A stretch of DNA of 64,000 nt from Eledone cirrhosa (GCA_964016885.1 OZ024741.1:329654001-329718000); one strand, 5' to 3'. Numbered from the stretch's first letter, positions 1-13,408 are shown. Notes: generated by a model from the sequence alone, not told the origin. Translations and numbers: made by a program.

Positions 1-224
1 TGGAGAATGTAATAATTTTATTTTACATTAAAAGAACATTATATATGACAAAAAAAGAACATTACAAGAAATCCCACATTTACGAACGTACATTATACAA
101 TTACCGACCCCCCCTCGTTTATAAGAATTTAAGCAAATGCCCCCCCCCCCCCTATTCCAACCACCCTATTAGACCCAAGAGTATATTACTAAATTATTCC
201 AAATTCTTGGTCTTTTCCTTTGCC

Positions 225-420
225 AACTTATTCCTGGGAGAAGCATAGGAGCAGAATCCTGAAGCACGCATTCCAGCGGGTCCAGTCAAAAGCAACCATC
301 TCCAATCAATCCGGCTGGATCCGAAAGAGACCAACCGAGCTCATGGATGTTATCCAACCATCTTGCTCAGGGTCTACCCTGGGTCCCCTGCCTGTTGGTT
401 TTGCCCATCAAGTATATCCA
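225..420 (-). mobile_element. Decayed RTE-clade LINE C-terminal remnant (Rex3/Expander-like)
   Basis: Minus-strand translation across frameshifts: WAKPTGRGPR/GRP*ARWLDNIHELGWSL/RIQPD*LEMVAFDWTRWNACFRILL, resembling the RTE terminal 'PTGRRPRGRPRTRW' region. Confidence 0.6.
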
Positions 421-561
421 ATTAGTTGTAAACCAAAGGTAGTGCCTTTCATTAGAAATATGGTAATGAATAAGAAAAAGTAATATAACTGACTGTCTCA
501 TTAAGCTGGTGTTCAGAGCATATTTATCTAAAGAAAAACCTTTCCATTATAGTCGTATATA

Positions 562-780
562 AGGGTGGTGAATTGGCAGCATCAGCAGAGTGTCGGACAA
601 CTTGCTTTATGGCATAGCATTATGGCTCTTTACATTCTGAGTTCAAATCCCAAGATTAGCATTGCCTTTCATTCTTACAGAGTCAATAAAATAAAGTACT
701 CATAACGTTCTAGGGTTGCTTTTATCAACTTTCCCCTTCCCTTCAAATTACTGACCTTGTGCCTAAAGTAGAAACATTCA
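562..780 (+). mobile_element. tRNA-derived SINE, family 1 (Nin-like central domain), diverged
   Basis: B-box-like GAGTTCAAATCC, then GCCTTTCATTC...AATAAAATAAAGTAC and a CCTTGTGCCTAAAGTAGAAAC end; homologous to copies at 835 and 1378. Confidence 0.75.
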
Positions 781-834
781 TCATTTTATGTAAGAACTTT
801 TAAGTTATATTCAAAACCCCAGCTAAAATAATGA

Positions 835-1018
835 TTTCTAGTATAGCACAAGGCCAGTGATTTAGGGGGAGGGGCAAGTCGATTAAATCGACCCCGTAAG
901 GATGAATGGCAAAGTTAACCTTGGTGGGATTTGAACTCAGATCGTAAAGGGCCGTAACTCTATGCTGCAAAGCATAGTGTCCGATTCTCTACCGATACTG
1001 TCAATCCACCACCCTTAC
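835..1018 (-). mobile_element. SINE family 1, inverted copy with internal deletion
   Basis: Reverse complement has GAGTTCAAATCCC, CATCCTTACGGGGTCGAT and GGCCTTGTGCTATACTAGAAA; the AAAATAAAGTACCAG segment seen in the 1378 copy is missing. Confidence 0.75.
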
Positions 1019-1064
1019 CCCCAGCTAGAATAATGAAAAAATTAGTTATAATTACTAAATCCCT

Positions 1065-1295
1065 CAGAGTTCTAGAGTACTGATATTCTAAGCAGGAAGG
1101 ACTGGTCATCGTGGCTAGTGAGAGACATGGATTGTTGAACACAACATGGGTAATAAGGGGAGGACAAATGAGTGGGGAGTGCCTCAATAGAGGTGGCATG
1201 TGTTGAGCAAGCTCCAAATAACAAAGACCATTGTAGTAATGGTAGAAAAGGTAGATAGAAGCAAGGCTGGACTTTCACCTGCTGAAGCCTTAAGT
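1065..1295 (-). mobile_element. Decayed CR1/Jockey-group LINE ORF2 C-terminal remnant
   Basis: Minus translation LASIYLFYHYYNGLCYLELAQHMPP...SFLLRISVL*NS resembles the 'ASL.LFYRYY.G.CS.EL...PP...SF.PRT..LWNSLP' terminus. Confidence 0.55.
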
Positions 1296-1377
1296 TATAT
1301 GAAATGTGAGGCCCTTCTCTAAAATAATTCATACTATTCAGTTGTCAAAGTTTACAACTACTGTCATTATTATATTA

Positions 1378-1553
1378 AGTATCGGTAGAGGGTCGGACGC
1401 CATGCTTTCCAGCATAGTTACGTCCCTTTACGATCTGAGTTCAAATCCCGCCGAGGTTGACTTTGCCTTTCATCCTTACGGGGTCGATAAAATAAAGTAC
1501 CAGTAATGCACTGGGTAATTGCTGGCCTTGTGCCTAAATTAGAAACAATTATT
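1378..1553 (+). mobile_element. SINE family 1 copy
   Basis: GAGTTCAAATCCCGCCGAGGTTGACTTTGCCTTTCATCCTTACGGGGTCGATAAAATAAAGTACCAG core. Confidence 0.8.
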
Positions 1554-1566
1554 ATATTAATGTTAA

Positions 1567-1871
1567 TGATCATCATCATCATCATCATCATTTCATTTTA
1601 CGTCCGCTTTTTCCCTGCTTGCAAGGGTGGGACGGGAACTGATTCTGGCTTGATTTCTACAGCTGGATGCCCTTCCTAACACCAACCTCATTTACAGTGA
1701 GTGCTGGGTGCTTTTTTGCCGTGGCACCTCCACGACCACTTTGCAGTGGAATGATATGGACCCCAGTCCCTATCATCTCATTTCTACAGCTGAGTAAACT
1801 GGAGCAATGTGAAATAAAGTGTCTTGCTCAAGGAAACAACACATCACCCGGTCTGAGAATTGAACTCACAA
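1567..1871 (-). mobile_element. SINE family 2 (tRNA head, RTE-derived 3' tail), 5'-truncated
   Basis: Near-identical to copies at 17583, 45388 and 62368; ends GGACGTAAAATGAAA(TGA)n. Confidence 0.85.
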
Positions 1872-1914
1872 AAAGAATAAATTATATATATATATATAAT
1901 TTATTCTTTATCAT

Positions 1915-4456
1915 GGACAGGTAGGGCTGAGTAAAGAACAAAAAGACAGGTTCTATGAAGAACTTTTACAAATGACTTCAGGTACCGATAAAAGTGACTT
2001 CATCATCCTGGCAGGGGACTTCAATGGACATGTAGGGCAGTACCAGGACGGATTCCGTGGAGGTCATGGTGGATATGGTTATGACTCAAGAAATGATCAG
2101 GGATTGAGACTCCTGGTATTCTGTGATGCAAATGAACTAACCATTTGCAACACAAATTTCAGGAAACCAGCCAACCCGCCACCTTATCTCATATCAATCA
2201 GGTGAACACAAAAGCCAAATTGACTATTTACTTGTTAGATAAGACAAACGGACTGTAATAAATTCTCAGGCCTTCCCTGGGCAGGAATGCACTACTCAGC
2301 ACAAGTTAGTTATTAGTGACATGAAAATAAGCACAGGACAGAACAAGACACATAAAAAAATATGGAAAGAGAGGGTTTGGAAGCTAAAGGACCTCTCAAT
2401 TAAATATAAGTTTAGAAAGGCCCTACGGGATGTATTTGATGAGAGAGGTGAAAAGCTAAATACCTATGACATAGAGGACAACTGGGAATCCTTACGTGAT
2501 AACCTTTTGCAAACTACTAATGAGACTTGTGGCTAGAGTAGAGCACCAGAGGGTGATCTGGTGATGGAACAGCTCAGTGGATGGAGCTATCAAAGCCAAG
2601 AGACAGGCTTGGAGAGACTGAAAAAATGGTAGTAGCAGAGATCGGTACCAGGTGGCTAAGAAAGAAGGTAGGCAACAAATATACACAGCTTGGAGAGAGG
2701 ATGAAGAAAGAAAGTTTGCCAACATCCTGAAATGTTTGGATCAGAAATGCAAAGCATTCTGCATTGCAAGGCAGTGTGTCAGTGTGAATCAGAATGTTGT
2801 TGAGCAAAAGTGTGTTAGAAACGACACCGGTGTATTTAACACCACTAATGCTCAAAAGAAAGAGGCCTGGGAATGTTACTATGAGAGACTGGTATGGTAA
2901 ATGTAGAGAATGAATGAAAAGAAGCGAAACTACCCCAACCCACCCAACAAAAGGGCCAGCCATTGAAGTTGACAGTTATAGGGTTAAAGAAGCAATCAAA
3001 GAGATGAAACATGGTAAAGCTACAGGACCATCAGAAATAACTGCTGAGATGCTAAAAGCATCAGGAGAAGTAGGAGTCAAACTAGTGACTCGCATAGTCA
3101 ATCAGGTAATACAGGATGGTGTCATACCCAATGACTGGCGCTGCAGTACAATCATAAATTGCTACAAGGGCAAAGGTGATATCCTACAGAGGAGCAACTA
3201 TAGAAGAATAAAACTAATGGACCAAGTTTTGAAAGTGACTGAGAGAGTTATGGCGCAACTAATTAGAAAAAGAGTCAAATTAGATGAAATGCAGTTTGGT
3301 TTCATGCCTGGGAAAAGTAATACAGATGCTCTCTTTTTAGTGAGGCAACTACAAGAGAAGTCCTTAGACAAAAATAAGCCCCTATACTTAGCTTTCGTTG
3401 ACCTAGAAAAAGCATTTGACAGAGTACCCTGATCTATTATCTGGTGGTCCTTAAGGAAATTAGATGTAGAAGAATGGTTGGTGAGAGCAGTGCAAGCCAT
3501 GTACAGAGAAGCTGTCAGGAAAGTGAGAGTAGGAAGTGAGTTTAGTGAGGAATTCAAGGTACAAGTAGGAGTTCATCAAGGTTCGGTTATAGCCCACTAC
3601 TATTCATAATAGTCCTCAAGGTTATAACAGAGGAATTTAAGACCGGCTGCCCATGGGAACTTCTCTATGTAGATGATCTGGTCCTTATAGCCGAATCGAT
3701 TACAGACCTAGAAAATAAGTTCTGACTATGGAAACAAAATTTAGAATCACAAGGTCTGAGTGTAAGCTAGTGAGTAGGAGAGAAGATAGGACACTGATTT
3801 ATTCAGGAAAGTGATCCTGCCCAATATGTAGAAAGGGAGTAGACATAAACTCCATATGATGTACACAATGTAAATCTTGGGTACACAAGAGATGTAGTGG
3901 GATAACAAGTAAGCTAACAGGAAGGGAAGACTTTGTTTGTAGAAGATGCACAGGGGTAATCGAGGAGAATATAGCCAATGCTGTAAACCTAAAACCAAAA
4001 GGTTTCTCCTTACGTACAAAAGGACAATTGTATGACGCCTGTGACAGTGAAGGATGTGCATAGACTAAAGAGAAATAAAGCAACCATGCTCCGTTGGATG
4101 TGCAATGTAAGTGTGAGAGAGAGAGGCAGAACTTGGATGAGTTGAAGGAGAAGCTGGGTTTAAGGGGAATTGAAAGTGGTGTGCAGGAAACAAGACTGCA
4201 TTGGTTTGGACATGTGATGCACATAGACAATGATCATTGGGTGAAGAAGTGCCAGGAAATGCCAGTGGAAGGAAGTCAAGGAAGAGGGAGACTAAGAAGA
4301 CCTGGGCAGAGGTTGTGAGAGCTGACCTCAAATCGCTGAGATTAATGGAGGCGATGGCAAAGGATCGTGATGTGTGAAGGGACACTATGCTGAGAAGGAC
4401 TCACCCAATCCAAGCAAACATGGAAAAGTGAATGTAAAAACAATGATAATGATGAC
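1915..4456 (+). mobile_element. Decayed RTE-clade LINE (APE endonuclease + RT), internal deletion near 3990
   Basis: FIILAGDFNGHVG and SQIDYLLV (APE); MQFGFMPGKS, LYLAFVDLEKAFDRVP and LLYVDDLVLIAE (RT); RLHWFGHVM; degraded ATG-repeat tail; many stops and frameshifts. Confidence 0.92.
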
Positions 4457-4458
4457 AA

Positions 4459-6672
4459 CAATAATATATAAAAATAGCTAATTTGTTTGTGTTTGTCTCC
4501 TATGCACTTAAAAACCAGTGGACTAATCATGTTCAAACTTAGCATATGAGTTCCTTACATTCAAGAATAGGTTTTCCTCACACATGAACCTATATTCATT
4601 ATGTGTTTCTCTGTTTACCAATCTGTGGTAACGGTGGTTGTCGTGAGTTATCGTCTTTACTATGGTGGATTATGATGGAAAATAGAGAGAATGATAAAGT
4701 GAGAATTTGAGAGAAAGTCAGCACATGTGAAATTAAATAGAGCGCTGAAAGCCAAAGATGGTACTAAGCAAGTAAATTAACAATAGTAGTCGACACTAGA
4801 GCAACAAACACACACCTGCTTCAGTATTGAATGTCCGCCTCTCTTTCTCCTGCATGACAGGAGGTACGACTAAAACAAATGAACACATGTTCTATCAACA
4901 TACTGCAACAACACACACTTGCTTCAATATCAAAATTTGCTCTCTCCTTATTCGGCTGCAGCACATTTTGTCATACATTCTTTATATCTTTTCCATGTGT
5001 ATATACGTCATATCTACTTCATATCTAGCCCATGAACAAAAACGACCCCCATACCATTTGAGGGCATTGCAGTTGTATTTTAACGCACACTAAGGAAAGT
5101 AACTCTGAGTAAGTCATGGTTGCAGTTGGTGGCGGTGGTGTCACTGTTGACATCTCACCATTACCATATCTAGCAATGTTATTTTTCCAAACTCAAGAAG
5201 GCTTCTAGATATAAATTTGAAAGCAAAGGCAACGAAGCAGAGTTCTAGCTAGATCCTATCAACAAAATCTCCATGTGTTTTAAATACACAAGTCTCCAAT
5301 ATCCAAACAGCTAAATGTCAGCAAAAGGCACCCAGGAGTCATGACCTGGATGCAGCCCGGCCCCCTTAGAGTGTAAGAAATTATGGGTTGAAACACTTGC
5401 TTGAGGGGGTTTCTTCTCTGAAGACCTTCTGCTATCCAACTCTCCTGAAAGTTTCTTACCATCATCTTCTTCATATATTTCCCATGTGTGCACATCAGCC
5501 TCTCATTAAATTTTGAGTTCTTTATTTGATTTATGGAAACACGACTAAAAATAACACTCATGAAACCTGGAAACCTTGCAAACTGCAAGCACAAAATGTC
5601 CCAAAAGAATAGACCTACCTTCATTTTGAAAGAAAGTCTCATAATGCTATGGCAAAGCAGCTACAAAGGGAAAGTGAAAACCAAGAGCAGAGACAAGAAA
5701 GACTCCAAAAACAGAAAAATGAAACAGAAGAACAAAAATCAAAAAGGCTTGCTAATGATAGGACAAGGAAAGCAACTATTCATCAAGAGGTATTAGATGT
5801 ACAAAACTATAGCACAAAACAGAGAGGATGAACAGATGCACAAGGCTTCAACCAGAAAGAATAAGAATGATGAATCAAAAGAACAAAGATAAAAAAAAAG
5901 GCTTGCTGAAGACAGGGAAAGCAACTATTTGTCAAGAGGAATCAAATGTACAAAAATCATCAAGACAGCAAATAGAGAGAAATAGAGCAGCTGAAAGGCA
6001 GCATGAAGAAACTGAAGCTCAAGGCTATGTTTACAGAGAGCAAGAACAGAAAATTTATGATTTTAAAAAGTTGTCAAGTGGAACTTTGTTGCTTTTAGAT
6101 ACAATCCACATCAAGACTATGCTTCAGAACCTTTAATTCAAATTTCCTCAATGAACAAAATTTGTTCAAATTGTGGTGCTAACAAATGGAATGGTGAGTC
6201 AAATATGAATTGGGTTGTTTAAAGGGAAAGATTAAGTTTAAACTATTACCTGAATCACCAGAACCCTTGAGAGCACTGCTGATTGGTAAAACTATTGAAT
6301 CAAGACACTTTCTTCAAAATATCCAGAAGTACAATAATGCATTCCAAATGACATCATTTGATGTAAATGTCATCCTTGACTGACTTTATGCCCACTTTCA
6401 AGAGCCAAGGCCAAGTGTACCATAGAATCGGACTACTTCAGCTACTTTCAGAAGAAGAACCAAAATATTTACAACTGTTTTTCATCAGTGATATTAAAAC
6501 CCAAGCACAGACAGGATATGAAAGAAGTAAAGAAACAAAGTATGAAATTATATTGCAACTACTTACATACAAGAAACGGCTATATTAGCAGTTTCAAATA
6601 TAACCTAGAAAACGTTTTGAATGAAATTTTCTTATTTTCTTTAACCTGAGCAATGCCGGGTACTTCTGCTAA
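4459..6672 (+). mobile_element. Internally deleted Helitron (Rep N-terminal remnant plus putative termini)
   Basis: E/Q/R-rich repeats (RESENQEQRQERL), then AFRYNPHQDY...MNKICSNCGANKW/GKIKFKLLPESPEPLRALL...FLQNIQKYNNAFQMTSF/FMPTFKSQGQVYHRIG...PKYLQLFF; 3' CCTGAGCAATGCCGGG hairpin-like motif followed by CTAA (CTAG-like) at 6669-6672. Confidence 0.82.
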
Positions 6673-6994
6673 TATATATATATATACATATGTATGTGAA
6701 AACGGAAAAGGCACAGCAGACGAAGTTCAACGAAGATATATATCAGTTTAATATAGTAGTCCTTCATCAGAAAATAGAACGAGAAAATAAAGAAGAAAAG
6801 ATGGAGGAAAGTAAGCAAGGGCAGAAAATTTCTTCAAGAAAAAGTAGATTTATTTATTCCACCATCTCTTGGAAAACTTGATAGAATTTATGATTTAGTG
6901 TTAAAGAATAAAAACTAATGATAAAATAAAAATCTATTTTTAAAAATGTAGTCCACCGAGGGTGTATGACCCTAAGCTATAGCTTATAGGTAAG

Positions 6995-7535
6995 TCCAGC
7001 ACTGGGGACAAGACATCTCTGAGGGTCAGGAGTTATAGAGTATTCAAAAGTGACTTTCAACTGATTAGCTGAGTGAATTTTTTCTAGATGTGGGAGCAGT
7101 ACATCATTGTGGGTTTCACACTGGAACTTTGTAGAGGGTTGATGTATTTTCTGGCCCTGGAGAGAACTAGTTGTTAGGATGTGTTCTAGCTATGTAAAAG
7201 GTGTTTCCTCATTGTGAAATTCCTATACTTACAGCAATGAGAAGGGTTCAAGTTGTGTATTTAATGAGTGGTGAGGTGTGATGGGGTTTTTGTCAAAATG
7301 TACAGTGCTTGTGTCTTTTTTGCTGCTGAAAAAGATGAGGTTAGCATGACCCCAATGGCGCATATTTCTGAGGTCTCCGTTCATGGAATTGGTGCAGGCT
7401 TGATGTAAGCTGTCAAGATAGCATCTCAATGATAGTTGGTTGGGGAAGGTTATGGAAGAATATAAAATGGTATCATCTGTGTAAGAGAGAGTGTTGTTGG
7501 ATAGGATGACTATAGTAGGTCATTTATGTAAAGAG
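6995..7535 (-). mobile_element. Decayed CR1/Jockey-group LINE RT fragment
   Basis: Minus translation LYINDLL...SYTDDTILY...SMNGDLRNMRHWGHANLIFFSSKK matches RT motifs 4-6. Confidence 0.7.
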
Positions 7536-7797
7536 AGTGGGAGGACAAAACAAAACCCTGAAGTACACCAGAGAGAGGGGGGGAGGGAGAGGGAGAGAGA
7601 GCACCATCAGCACAAGCGGCTATAGTATGATCTCCCAGGAAGTTACCAATCCAAGCCACTATAGTGTGATTTCACAGGAAGCTACTGATCCAAGAGATGA
7701 GAGACAACTGGAACCCATATACGGGCAGTTATGAGGGAATATTCACATGCCAGATGGATACGGTTGAAAGTCTGTATCTCAGATATGTAAATATATA

Positions 7798-7982
7798 ATC
7801 ATCATCATCATCACCGTTTAACGTCCATTTTTCCACACTAGCATGGGTTAGACGAGTTGTCTTGTTGTGAGACAAAATCAGATGACCATATAGAACTGTT
7901 TCTGGCTTGGTTTCTATGGCTGGATGCCTTTTCTAATGCCACATTTGCAGTATGGACTGGGTGCTTTTTATTGTGGCACCAA
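7798..7982 (-). mobile_element. RTE 3' UTR / SINE tail fragment
   Basis: (CAT)n-CACCGTTTAACGTCC...GCATGGGTTAGACG...GCTGGATGCC is the reverse complement of the RTE 3' terminus. Confidence 0.75.
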
Positions 7983-8046
7983 AATAACCAACAGACAGGT
8001 TGGACTGGATAGTTTTTCATCGTATCACCAGCACATAATATAAATT

Positions 8047-8289
8047 GACAAAAAGGGCCCAGCCCACACTGTAAAGTGGTCGTGTAGGTGACATGACAAA
8101 AAAGCACCCAACACACGCTGTAAATGTGGTTTGTGTTAAGAAGGGCATCCAGCCATAGAACCCAAACCAAAACCAGTCCTGTATGAGCAAGTCGGGGTCA
8201 TCAGACCTGGCCTGTTTCACAACGGAGCAACTCGTTTAACCCATGCTTTGCGTGGAAAAATGGACGTTAAACGGTGATGATGATGACTA
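8047..8289 (+). mobile_element. RTE 3' UTR fragment
   Basis: CCCACACTGTAAAGTGG...GAAGGGCATCCAGC...AACCCATGC...GGACGTTAAACGG(TGA)n. Confidence 0.78.
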
Positions 8290-8499
8290 TTACCCTCCCT
8301 CCTTGTCAAAATTAAGACTCGGTGCCTTAAATTTGGTGGGAAAGAGTATAGGTGTTTATATCAACCCCAATGTTTCACTGGTACCTTATTTTATCAAACT
8401 TGGAGGGAGGAAAGAAAGGATTTTAAACTAAGAATACACCTTACAAAACATTAAACATTGTCCAAATGTTCTGGACTGCATTAATATTAATTACTACTA

Positions 8500-8688
8500 C
8501 AGTGAAATTCCGGTTTAACGAAAATCACGTGGGCTAAAAAAAAATTCGTTGTAACGAAAAATTCTTTATAACGAAATCGACCGAAACAAATCGAGCATTT
8601 GTTTGCTATTACCCCGGGGATTGAAAAAAAAATTCATTATCCTGAAAAATCCATTTTAATGGTATTCGTTATAACGGAATTTTACCTG
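8500..8688. mobile_element. Tc1/mariner (pogo/Tigger-like) MITE
   Basis: Imperfect TIRs CAGTGAAATTCCGGTTTAACGAA / TTCGTTATAACGGAATTTTACCTG flanked by TA on both sides. Confidence 0.8.
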
Positions 8689-9099
8689 TACTCCTAAAAT
8701 AGACATTGGAGTGTAATGGTTAGTATAGTTTGCTTTGCAAGCAGTCGATCTATGTTTAACTCCCAACCGACACTATCCATTGGCACAGGGAATCTCTATG
8801 GGACTGAAAAAGGAACTCGATGTCCTTGAAATTAAACCAGAGTCAACTGGACACACATTAGCTAAACACATTAACACTAAATTTACATTACACACACTAT
8901 ACAAATAGAACCATACATTACAAATACACACTATACAAACAACTATACATTACACAAACAAGTTACACAAACATACACACGAGAGAACATTCTGATAAAC
9001 AAAGCTATGTTGTGATCGAATATCGAACTGTAAAGATGGAGAATTAATGTTTATATAGTGAAACTGAAAAATAATTCTGATTGAGTTTGGCTGCGGCTG

Positions 9100-10080
9100 C
9101 TGCCACCACCACCGCCACCAAACCCGTACCTATACAACCCCAATGATCAGCACCAACTTTACCATCACCAGTCTGTTACGTAACCACCACCGGTACCAAC
9201 TCTACCATCACCTGTCTGTTAGAAAACCACCACCACCAACTCTACCATCACCAGTCTATTACATAACCACAACCACCATCACCGACACCAAGTCCATCAT
9301 TATTGTGTTACATAACCACCATTACTACCACTCTAACCCCAACCACCAACACTGATTATGACATAAATACCACAATTGCTATTACCACCAGCACTGTTAA
9401 TCACCATCAGAAACAATAACCAGCTGGATATTGACTCATTGAACACAACTATCAATGTAAGGAATACAGCAACCACCACCCACAAACACCGACTCTCGTC
9501 TTTAAAAAAATAACCAAATCTCCTTCAAATTCTAACACTAAGGAGATACACATTGACCAATGTAGTCCTAGACGGGATTGTCACGACTGGAATGTCTTGA
9601 ATCATAATTCTGTCCAACAAGAATCACAACACCACTTCCACAAATGAAGGTTGACAACATCGACAACACCACCAGCTCCACTAACAACACCGCTACCATC
9701 ACCACAACCACTAACAACACCAACACTACAAACGAGAGGGAAGGCCTTGAAGTAGTCGCTTGATCAGCTAGAAACAGCAGTCAAATCTCCTCATTCACAT
9801 CACACTATCATTCTAAAAAAAAAAGGAAAGGGGATGCACAATGATGTAGTCCTGGATACATATCTTCGACAAAACGGAATGGACACGGCTTGAATGCTCT
9901 GATCATAGTCTTTCCCTATCAGAGTTAACAGAGAGCTAAACGAAAGTATATATACACGACTGACATCATTTGTTCATATTTTTCTATTTCATAAATCTAT
10001 TTACATCATTTCCATCACCATCACAACCAATAACAACACCACTACCACCACCACCAATAACAACACTACCAACGAGCCAA
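9100..10080. repeat. (ACC/AAC)n-rich low-complexity tract with fragments of a dispersed repeat
   Basis: Degenerate CACCAC/AACAAC runs; motif CTAGAAA...AAATCTCC...GTAGTCCT...CACGGCTTGAATG near 9755-9945 recurs near 10965-11240 and inverted near 59835-59985. Confidence 0.65.
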
Positions 10081-10613
10081 CGATATAACTTCTGTAGAGC
10101 GAGGGTGGGATGGATGGGGGAATCTTTGTAACACCCCCAGGGACAAATTGCAAGTACATAAGAACCTGTGGGAGGAGGAGGGGAAAACATCTGTGCTGAG
10201 GGGGTGAGGATGAAATGGGATCTTTTCAAATTTTTAAAGAGTTATAACATCTTTATTATTAATTTCTCCAAAAAGCCAAACAAAGAGATAAAAATGGTTG
10301 CGATTTCGGCAAGCAGCATGTGTTGAACATTTTCAATAACAAAAAAAAAGAAAAAAATAATGGAAACAATTCATCTAACGGAAAATATTTATAGAAAATG
10401 AATCTTTTAAATTTACAAAATTCATAAATATGAAATCTTTCGTTTTAGATTTAGGCGATGTAAACAATGACTTCGCCAGAAGTCGTTAAACATTTCATAT
10501 ACTTTTCATTGAGATGGCCAAGTATATTATTAGTGACAAATATATATATATATATATCAGTTTCCGAAGAAAAGATCAAGGAAAAAGCGGTCTATATAAT
10601 ATAATGTACAGAG

Positions 10614-10670
<57 letters not shown>

Positions 10671-11834
10671 ACTTACACACATATTTATGTATTTACATAT
10701 GACCCGTTTAGCGACGACTACCAAAATGAACGTAAAGTCCCAATAAAACCATAGTTTATATCACCTCGACCTAAAACGAAGGATCGCTTAAATAAAACAC
10801 TTTTATAATTATTGATTTGGTGTTTAAGACTTAATTAAACTAGTTATTTCTTTCATATGTGTGGTGGAGTGATGGAAGCTTTTAGAGAGTTCGTCAGTTT
10901 CAAATTTCAATATGGGTTGAAGAAATTTCGCCTGCGGGCGAGATAGTTCCCGCCACCTGAGTTCTACATGGTCGCACAACTCGTTAGAAATAGTAATCAA
11001 TCCCTACATCACTCCACCATCACCCCGCTCCGCTCTAGACGAGCACGCTACATTATGCTACGCTACCCTTCTAAAAATATGAAGACGGATAGCCCAAACC
11101 AAACCATATCAATAATGCAAGTCCTAGATATATATAAAATATATCCCATACAAGGACCGGCAGGATGGTCACGGCTGCAATGTCGCCCTTTCATCCATAT
11201 ATATGCTAAATCAAGACTGACCGAGAGAGGGAAGGAAAGTGGAGATGGGGAACTGAGCAATAACATTATTACCACTACTACCACAACTACTACGACAACA
11301 GCACTCGCTCTAACAATAACAATAACATATGGCGTGGAGAAAGAGAAGAAAGAGAGCGAGAAGAGTGAGTGTAAGAGTTAGAGAGAGAGATGTTTTAATA
11401 CAAACCTTGAGAACAGGTAATTTCCCTCTGTCACTATGAGAGAGAGAGAGAGAGAGAGGTAGAAAGATAGACGGGAGAAAAGAGAGATTATATAGAAAAA
11501 CGGGAAGATATATATATATATAAAGATAGACATGGAGAGAGAAAGAGTGAGAGAGATTTACAATCAAATTGCCCCACATGCAAACACTAGAGTACATGTG
11601 GTTTGAAGGAGGAGGAGGTGAGCTAGAAAGTCTAACAATCGCCCCATTGCCATCAACATGGTACATGTGTTGTGTTTATGGAGATGGGAGGCTAAAATAA
11701 ACGAGAGAGGAGAGAAAGCGGTTTCTCTATTACAGTGAGAAAGATGGACAACAAACTGAACCACAGCAACATGCAATAGAAGTGTGTTGTTACTGTGTCT
11801 ATAACTATAAGACTACCACCTTACCACCACCCCA

Positions 11835-11868
<34 letters not shown>

Positions 11869-12151
11869 CGTAAATAAATAATATATTATATACACATATA
11901 ATATGTATATACATATAATAATGTCTTGTGTTGTACTACATGTATTTTTGTAAATTCTTTGTGGTTAATAAATATATATATATAATTGATTCTAATAATA
12001 ATAAATGTGACAAGTTAAACAGATAAAGAGAGAATGATTAATAGAGGACTATGTAGTGAAATTGAGAAAGAAATATTAAAAAGAGACAACAATGACAGTA
12101 AGAATAAGAGAAAGTGGACTAGAAATAAAAAGTCTGAAAAAAAGAGACAAG

Positions 12152-12610
12152 TTAACCCTTTTAATAACAAACCGCCTGAAACCTATCTCGTTCTTCTATA
12201 ATTAAACTGTATTAAAAGGATTAATGCGCCAGTTCATTTCTTTACAATGGTTTAACTATTTCGATATAAAAACATGACCCTACCTCACTATTTTACAACA
12301 CTTTTAAAGTGTTTGTATTTATCTAAAAACCCATTCATCATAATTTTATGTAAAAACCTATTTAAGTTATGTTCCAAACACCGCTGGTTCTCCAATACAA
12401 AACTGTTCTTTATAATGTTTATATTTATCTAAAACCTATTCATCATAATTTTATGTAAGAATTTTGGTTCGGAACACCATCTTAATAACAATAAGGTTAA
12501 TTAGTTATATTATTCAAAATCCTTCCAAACGTTTGATTACTTTAAAAATTATTTGAAAACCACAGGTTGTGTTGTGTATTTTATTGGAATATGGTAACGA
12601 AGGGGTTACC
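12152..12610. mobile_element. piggyBac-like MITE
   Basis: Starts TTAACCCTTT, ends GGTAACGAAGGGGTTA; internally duplicated; related to 60903-61202. Confidence 0.6.
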
Positions 12611-12721
12611 GTAAAACTAAATCACGATAGGACATTGGGAGAGAATGAATGTAACTCGAATTTCTAACAAAGATCCAGATGAAAAAAAAAAAAACATATT
12701 GATCGCGATTAGGATGTAAAT

Positions 12722-12874
12722 GTTAGTTCTTTTATTGGTTTCAAGCCCATTGGACTATAGCCATCCTGGGGCACCACCTTCATTTAGTCGACCTTATCCA
12801 CCTCTTAATCTGGAACTTATACTTTAATTTTTTGACTATCCATAAACACAGACAGCCATAATATAAAGCGAGAT

Positions 12875-12956
<82 letters not shown>

Positions 12957-13070
12957 ACACATAAACACGACAGACGTCAGAAGTTTCTGTTTACCAAATT
13001 GGTCAACATGAGGCTATATAAGAGATACTTGCCTTCGGTATTGTGCAGCAAGGCTGAACCTTGCCCCATG
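12722..13070 (-). mobile_element. Decayed SINE family 3 with internal (CA)n(TA)n
   Basis: GTTTCTGTTTACCAAAT...GAGGCTATA...GATACTTGCC...GCTGAACC is the inverse of the SINE head at 60066. Confidence 0.55.
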
Positions 13071-13076
13071 TTTGTT

Positions 13077-13137
<61 letters not shown>

Positions 13138-13205
13138 GTGTGTATATATGCATATATATATATGTATATATATATGTGTGTATATATGCATATATATATA
13201 TATAT

Positions 13206-13365
13206 ATACGGCACTATTATTTCACCTCAATTGGCCCCATATGTGTGTATATATGCATATATATATATATATATATACGGCACTATTATTTCACCTCAAT
13301 TGGCCCCGCTTTCTTGAACATTACACCAATATACATTGAAACAGAAACAGACTCCATAGAATTCA
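13206..13365 (+). mobile_element. Small CR1-type LINE C-terminal fragment with local tandem duplication
   Basis: [23 protein letters not shown] matches the element at ~31800 (IRHNYFTSIGP); the first ~33 nt occur twice together with their TA flank. Confidence 0.75.
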
Positions 13366-13408
13366 ATATATATTTATATATATATATACATATATATATA
13401 TGTATATG

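Noticed and set aside
1667-1924. Recurrent [18 protein letters not shown]...
   Set aside because: Antisense reading of SINE family 2; it recurs only because the SINE does.
6755-6780. Minus-strand CTGATGAAGGAC
   Set aside because: No downstream stem II partner or GAAA.
8705-8770. tRNA-like sequence
   Set aside because: No complete cloverleaf; more likely a decayed SINE head.
11560-11790. Unique GA-flanked stretch as a possible promoter or exon
   Set aside because: No supportable motif or coding signal from sequence alone.
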